Positions 8,101 to 11,690 of a DNA stretch of 11,690 bases are shown here, one piece after another. Source of the stretch: Vitrella brassicaformis CCMP3155 (Eukaryota > Protista > Chromerida); the NCBI GenBank assembly GCA_001179505.1, contig CDMY01000906.1, forward strand, positions 1 through 11,690, written 5' to 3'. The translations under genes were made by a program, and so were the position numbers. Position 1 is the stretch's first letter. The number at the start of each line of letters is the position of its first letter. Below the pieces are notes generated by a model. That model was given only the letters and a program-made list of their open reading frames with translations. It was not told where the DNA came from and did not search any database.

Positions 8101-9211
8101 ACACAACACAACAGGCTCGAGGATACCGGCCCCTCCTTGCAATTGGGGTGTGTGTGTGTGTATGTGTTGTGTGTTTGTCGCTCCGCTTACCTTCATCCTT
8201 GACGGCGACTTTCGCCAGTCCATTGAGTACAGTGGCAATCGTGCCGCTGCCCACATGCACCAGTCCCCTACTCACCATCGCACCCATCACCTCACGCACC
8301 AGCCCCTCGTCACGCAAATCCACACGCGCCCAGGCATTCACCAGCATGCCCAGCTCGACACACGACGTGCCGCCACCCGCTCCGATGCTCACAGACTCAC
8401 TCTCGGCCGAATCATCTTCACCGCCAGACTCACTTCCCCTCTTCGCAAGCAGCCCTCGCGCCTTGTCAGACAGCAGGCGGAAGAGCGGCCCGTCGACGAT
8501 GTGAAAATGGGCGTACGCGTTGGCAATGGCGGCGACGCTGCGAAGCTCCAGCGCGGCCATCAGGTTGGGCCGTGGTCGCTGCAGGGCGGCAGAGAAACGC
8601 TGGAAGGCCGGGAGGGCGTCCTCTCGGCCGACAGCTCCGCATCTGGCCATGGCGTTGGTCAGCATCGCCACGGCAGGGCCATCCACCCCGTCAGCAGCGA
8701 TACCATCAGGAGCCGAGGAATGCTGACTCAGTTGGCGGAAGAAGCGCCGGAGCCACTGTTCCTCAGACAAGGCCAAGGGCAGCCGCACCAGCGCATTCGC
8801 AACGATCGCCACATCGCGCCCGCTCGGTGCTGCACCACCACTGCCTCTTTCCATGTGCTTCGTGAGCATGTCAGCCACCGCCCTGAGCCACCCCTTGAGC
8901 TCCTCTGACGTGCGGAAGCGGTCGTCAGGCGTCCGCACAAACGTGTTGGTCAGAAAGGCCGCTGTGCTCGGCTCCATCTCGCCCATCCTGGCAGCAGAGT
9001 GGGCGGCGAGGGCGCGCCAGAGGAATGCATCAGCTCCACTGTTGCTGCTGGTCTGTCGGATCTCTGCGGCGAGGAGGGATAGATCTGACGGCTGGACTGA
9101 TGTGAGCCGCTCGATGAGTCGTTCGCTGTAGAGTGAGGGCGGAATGCCTTCCAGGGAGAGGCGAGAGATCGTGGATGCCGCCTGGCGGACAATGCAAGAG
9201 GAACGACTCAT
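5109..9211 (-). CDS. Large HPR-like helical repeat protein, about 982 aa if the gap is collapsed, probably mitochondrial. Exons 9211..8191, 8094..7932, 7850..7773, 7636..7541, 7474..7436, 7303..6958, 6891..5906 (spans the gap), 5781..5724, 5664..5525, 5459..5109
   Basis: At least 12 repeats with cores such as VAAIANAYAHF, LGMLVNAWARV, VANATDAFARL, VVALASSFARL, LAAILTAYARL, LREIVLSYSRA and VVSLLAAYGRM. Two units assembled across introns are exactly 37 aa (TARD...EEL; QPMD...ADF). All nine introns are GT..AG with consistent phases. MSRSSCIVRQAASTISRLSL is Ser/Arg-rich with no acidic residues. Upstream in-frame ATGs exist at 9274 and 9322. The intron 8 acceptor could be 5665 or 5671, and the last exons are less certain. 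Confidence 0.8.
6460..6759. other. Assembly gap (300 N), probably a false gap
   Basis: A run of N whose flanks 6431..6459 and 6760..6788 are the same 29-mer, ggagggggagagaggggagggggaggggg. Confidence 0.95.
6760..6809 (+). repeat. (GGGGGA)n-like purine tract with G-quadruplex potential; encodes a Pro/Ser linker on the - strand
   Basis: Repeated G4-G7 runs separated by A. The - strand reads PPFPSPSPSPSPLSPS. Confidence 0.75.
6897..6918 (+). repeat. (CA)11 microsatellite; a UG tract before the acceptor of intron 6 of the large HPR-like gene
   Basis: A perfect dinucleotide run directly upstream (on -) of ttcag at 6896..6892. Confidence 0.95.
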
Positions 9212-9468
9212 CGTTAGGCTTATCGCTGCTAAGCTCGCGCAACCCTTTAAACCGAGCTCTGCAGCCCCGGCCATGTTCAATACGATTATGGCGTAAGGGT
9301 CAGTAAAGCAAGGCCAAGACATAGACAGAAACCACACTTGCAATGAAATCACCGAATGACGAACAGCAGGCCTCACGAGGAGCAACAGTCCTCAGCCACA
9401 CTGCAGTGCACTGCACCTGTCCTATCAGCCACTCACTCAGCCACTCATCAATCATATATCACTCCTCC

Positions 9469-10989
9469 TTATGAAGTACTGGCCGCCCTTATGATTCTCA
9501 TGGACTTGACCCCCTGCGCCCCCGGCTGACAGAAGAGGATGCAGTCGTTGGCCTTGCCGAGGAACGGCGTGTAGGAGCAGTCCTTGGGCTTATTCTCGTC
9601 CTTCAGCGCCACCTCTTCCAGAACCTCCAGTCGCCGCGACAGCTGCTCTGGGGGCGCCGAGGTGCGGTTGAGGAGCTGGGTGAAGTAGTCGCGGAATTGG
9701 ACGTCGCCGACGAATCCCGTGAGTGGGGGGCCGATGAAGAGGTGGCGGCCGATTTCGACCTTCTTGGCGTTGACGGACTGGGGGGGCATGCCCTCAAACA
9801 TCTTCTGCAGGGGCAGCACCTTGGCCTCCATCAGTTCATTCACCGCAGCACTGCACACACAGAGACATCACAGGCACCGAGACACCAGTGGCCCAGATTG
9901 GGTATGTGATGTGATTCGTTGTTCGTTCGTGTAATGTGCGGCACATACATGTACTCAGCATCTGCGGGGGGTGGGTAGGGCTGCTGCGCACAGAGAAAGG
10001 TCTTGGGGTAGCCGACAGGGGGAGTGTCTGACGTCCATGTGAGCGACGACACCATCTGGTCGACCTTGAGTGCGTCCTCCTGCTGGTTGGCCAGCACCCA
10101 CCAGTACTCGCCCACGACATTACCGCCCACTGTTTCGTCCTTATCAGGGTGCTCACCCTCCGCGATCGCCGTGACATTCTCACTGTCACCCTCGTCAGTG
10201 GCGTTGGCCGCAGTCTCTCCCCCACCAGCAGCGGCAGGGCCAGCAGCCGGCTCACCTTCAGGCTGTTCGTCGTCGTCTGCCTCTCCTCTGCCTCGTCCAG
10301 TTCCTCATCGCTCTTAGTGTTCATGTTGTCTCGTTTTTCCGCCGCACCCATCCTCCGGACCTCCGAAGACACCTCCAGGAAGCTCACGCCGGAGAGCGTC
10401 TTGGTCTTCTTGCAGTTCTCGCTGCGATAGAGCTCCACTCTCGCCGCCCCCTGGATCCTCAGCCCCTGAAAGGTCGCCTCGTCGTTGGTGATCTTGGTGA
10501 AGGCGCCAGGCTGCCCGGCGGCCGAGAACTGCTGGTCGGCCTCTCTCATGGCGGCGGTCATGTTTTGCCAGTCGAAGCAGAGGCTGTCTTCGTCCTGCAG
10601 AGCGAATGCCACGAAGGGGGGCTTCTCGGCACCGAATGTCGGGAAGAGGTAGACACATATGGACTCCTCGGCGGTGCAATTGGGCACTTTGTAGTGGAAG
10701 CCGAAGCGGAGGTCGGCGTCAGTGAATCGGACGGAGAAGTCGTTGACGGATTTTGAGATGGCGTCGAGCATTTCAGAGGTGGACACGACCATCTCGTAGG
10801 GCCGGTCGGGGTCGAAGTACATGCTCCAGTGGGGACTGCCCTCGTCCTGACACAACACCTGCACACAAACCACACGCACACACGACGACGCCCACTGCAG
10901 ATTGCAGGTGTGAGGTTGTTTGTGCACTGCGTGCGGACCAGCCGGGGAAGGCATGTGAAGGCGATGATGATGGCAGGCAGGCGCATCAT
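9469..10989 (-). CDS. Hypothetical secreted protein, about 447 aa after correcting an apparent 1-nt frameshift near 10285. Exons 10989..10939, 10858..9949, 9850..9469
   Basis: Splicing 10938..10859 joins MMRLPAIIIAFTCLPRL to VLC|QDEGSPHW, giving a plausible signal peptide. A long natural-looking ORF runs to ...SDEELDEAEE and continues in a different frame as EADDDEQPEGEP...YWWVLAN...PPADAEY. The phase-2 intron 9948..9851 (gtatgt...gtgcag) then joins AAVNELMEAK...AASTS*. Sequons NCT, NMT, NAT, NVT and NRT are present. Upstream in-frame ATGs exist at 11010, 11058/11061 and 11193. I recognise no family. Confidence 0.65.
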
Positions 10990-11457
10990 GCGATAGACGA
11001 GGGAGGACATGACGCGTGCGAGATCAAAGTGCCCCCAATGAGCGATATTGGTGCCCATCATCCCTCCCGTGGACGCCGTGGTAATTTCTGCACGGGTGAC
11101 TTCATCGTCGGTATCGGGTCGTTCACTGCTCGTGTCGGCTACCTTCTCCTCGTCTGCACTGCTCTGACCGGTAGGTGAGGCTCGATGGTGCATGCAAGCG
11201 CCCCTCGTGACTCATGCCTCGAGCGGTCACACAATTAATGCTGCATGGAGCCAACACGCAATGCATTCCATGGGTGCTGTCCATTTTGGTTTCGCTTGCG
11301 GTCATTTGCCCTGTCAAAAAATCATGGCTTCCTTTGTTGTTCTGCAGTGTGCGATTGGCGTGAAGGGGGGAGAAACTGTCATTAACCGTAACACTCGTCT
11401 GTGTGTCCGTGATACTCATACAAATACAGTCCCATCAGCACGCAGAGTCAAACAGGC

Positions 11458-11690
11458 TCAAGGGGAGGAGGGATCAATCCCCGCCCCATCAGCACACCCC
11501 AGTCCCGCAAACCCTCCCCTCCCTCCCCCACGCAGACAGAAGCTAGTCGCACGCGCGAGGGCGATAGACAAGTGAGAGCGAATCCATCCAGACACATGAC
11601 TGAACCCCCGACCCTTCCACCCCTCCTTCTCCAACAGCGCATGAGCCATGTGGGCGATGAACACGTTGGCATCGTGTCCCCACACACCGT
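11458..11690 (-). mobile_element. 3' end of an ORF resembling the C-terminus of an RLE-type (CRE-like) non-LTR retrotransposon; continues beyond the window
   Basis: The frame is open to the window edge and reads GVWGHDANVFIAHMAHALLEKEGWKGRGFSHVSGWIRSHLSIALARATSFCLRG. As I recall it, the tail of RLE non-LTR elements is G-x-[MW]G-x-EA-x2-F-x3-LA-x2-L...YS-x-V-x-GW-x-R-x2-LS-x-AL-x-R...CLRG. TGA at 11460..11458. No introns seen. Confidence 0.65.

Noticed and set aside
596-8160. Many tandem short repeats as a CRISPR-like or mobile array
   Set aside because: They are 2-6 nt microsatellites inside introns or UTRs, with no repeat-spacer structure, in a eukaryotic context.
5756-8908. Long + strand ORFs (5756..6895, 6934..7512, 7953..8504, 8150..8908)
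   Set aside because: They are antisense to the HPR-like gene, some are inflated by the N run, and they show no motifs or matching splice structure.
9340-9480. Splice fusion of the secreted-protein gene to the HPR-like gene (donor gtactt to acceptor gcaag)
   Set aside because: It is phase-compatible but both sites are weak, each gene has its own plausible targeting signal and terminus, and there is no supporting evidence.
10040-10115. PsbP/Mog1-like resemblance of YWWVLANQQEDALKVDQMVSSLTW
   Set aside because: Too short and generic to support without a profile search.
10330-10345. GGAAAAAC as a -1 ribosomal slippery site explaining the frameshift
   Set aside because: The shifted frame hits TAA and TGA before the acidic linker, so the shift must lie downstream of 10305.

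Overview
Eukaryotic, GC-rich, gene-dense genomic DNA with short introns full of microsatellites. The style suggests a chromerid alveolate such as Vitrella brassicaformis (inference only). I assembled five spliced genes by hand from splice signals and phase continuity: (1) the 3' part of a + strand 37-aa helical-repeat (HPR-like) protein gene, <1..1665; (2) a - strand orphan of about 169 aa with a signal peptide, 2438..3231; (3) a complete 6-exon ARL5 GTPase gene on +, 3591..4699; (4) a 10-exon - strand HPR-like protein of about 982 aa with a mitochondrial-type presequence and a possible degenerate RAP tail, 5109..9211, crossing a 300-N gap that looks spurious; (5) a - strand orphan secreted protein of about 447 aa with an apparent 1-nt frameshift, 9469..10989. 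The right edge holds the C-terminus of what resembles an RLE-type (CRE-like) non-LTR retrotransposon ORF. The best leads are complementary AC-rich 5' / UG-rich 3' intron halves, the retroelement tail, the frameshift, the false gap, and upstream ATGs opening a 146-codon alternative frame over ARL5. I cannot establish a wholly new system here. All family calls come from remembered motifs, not database searches.
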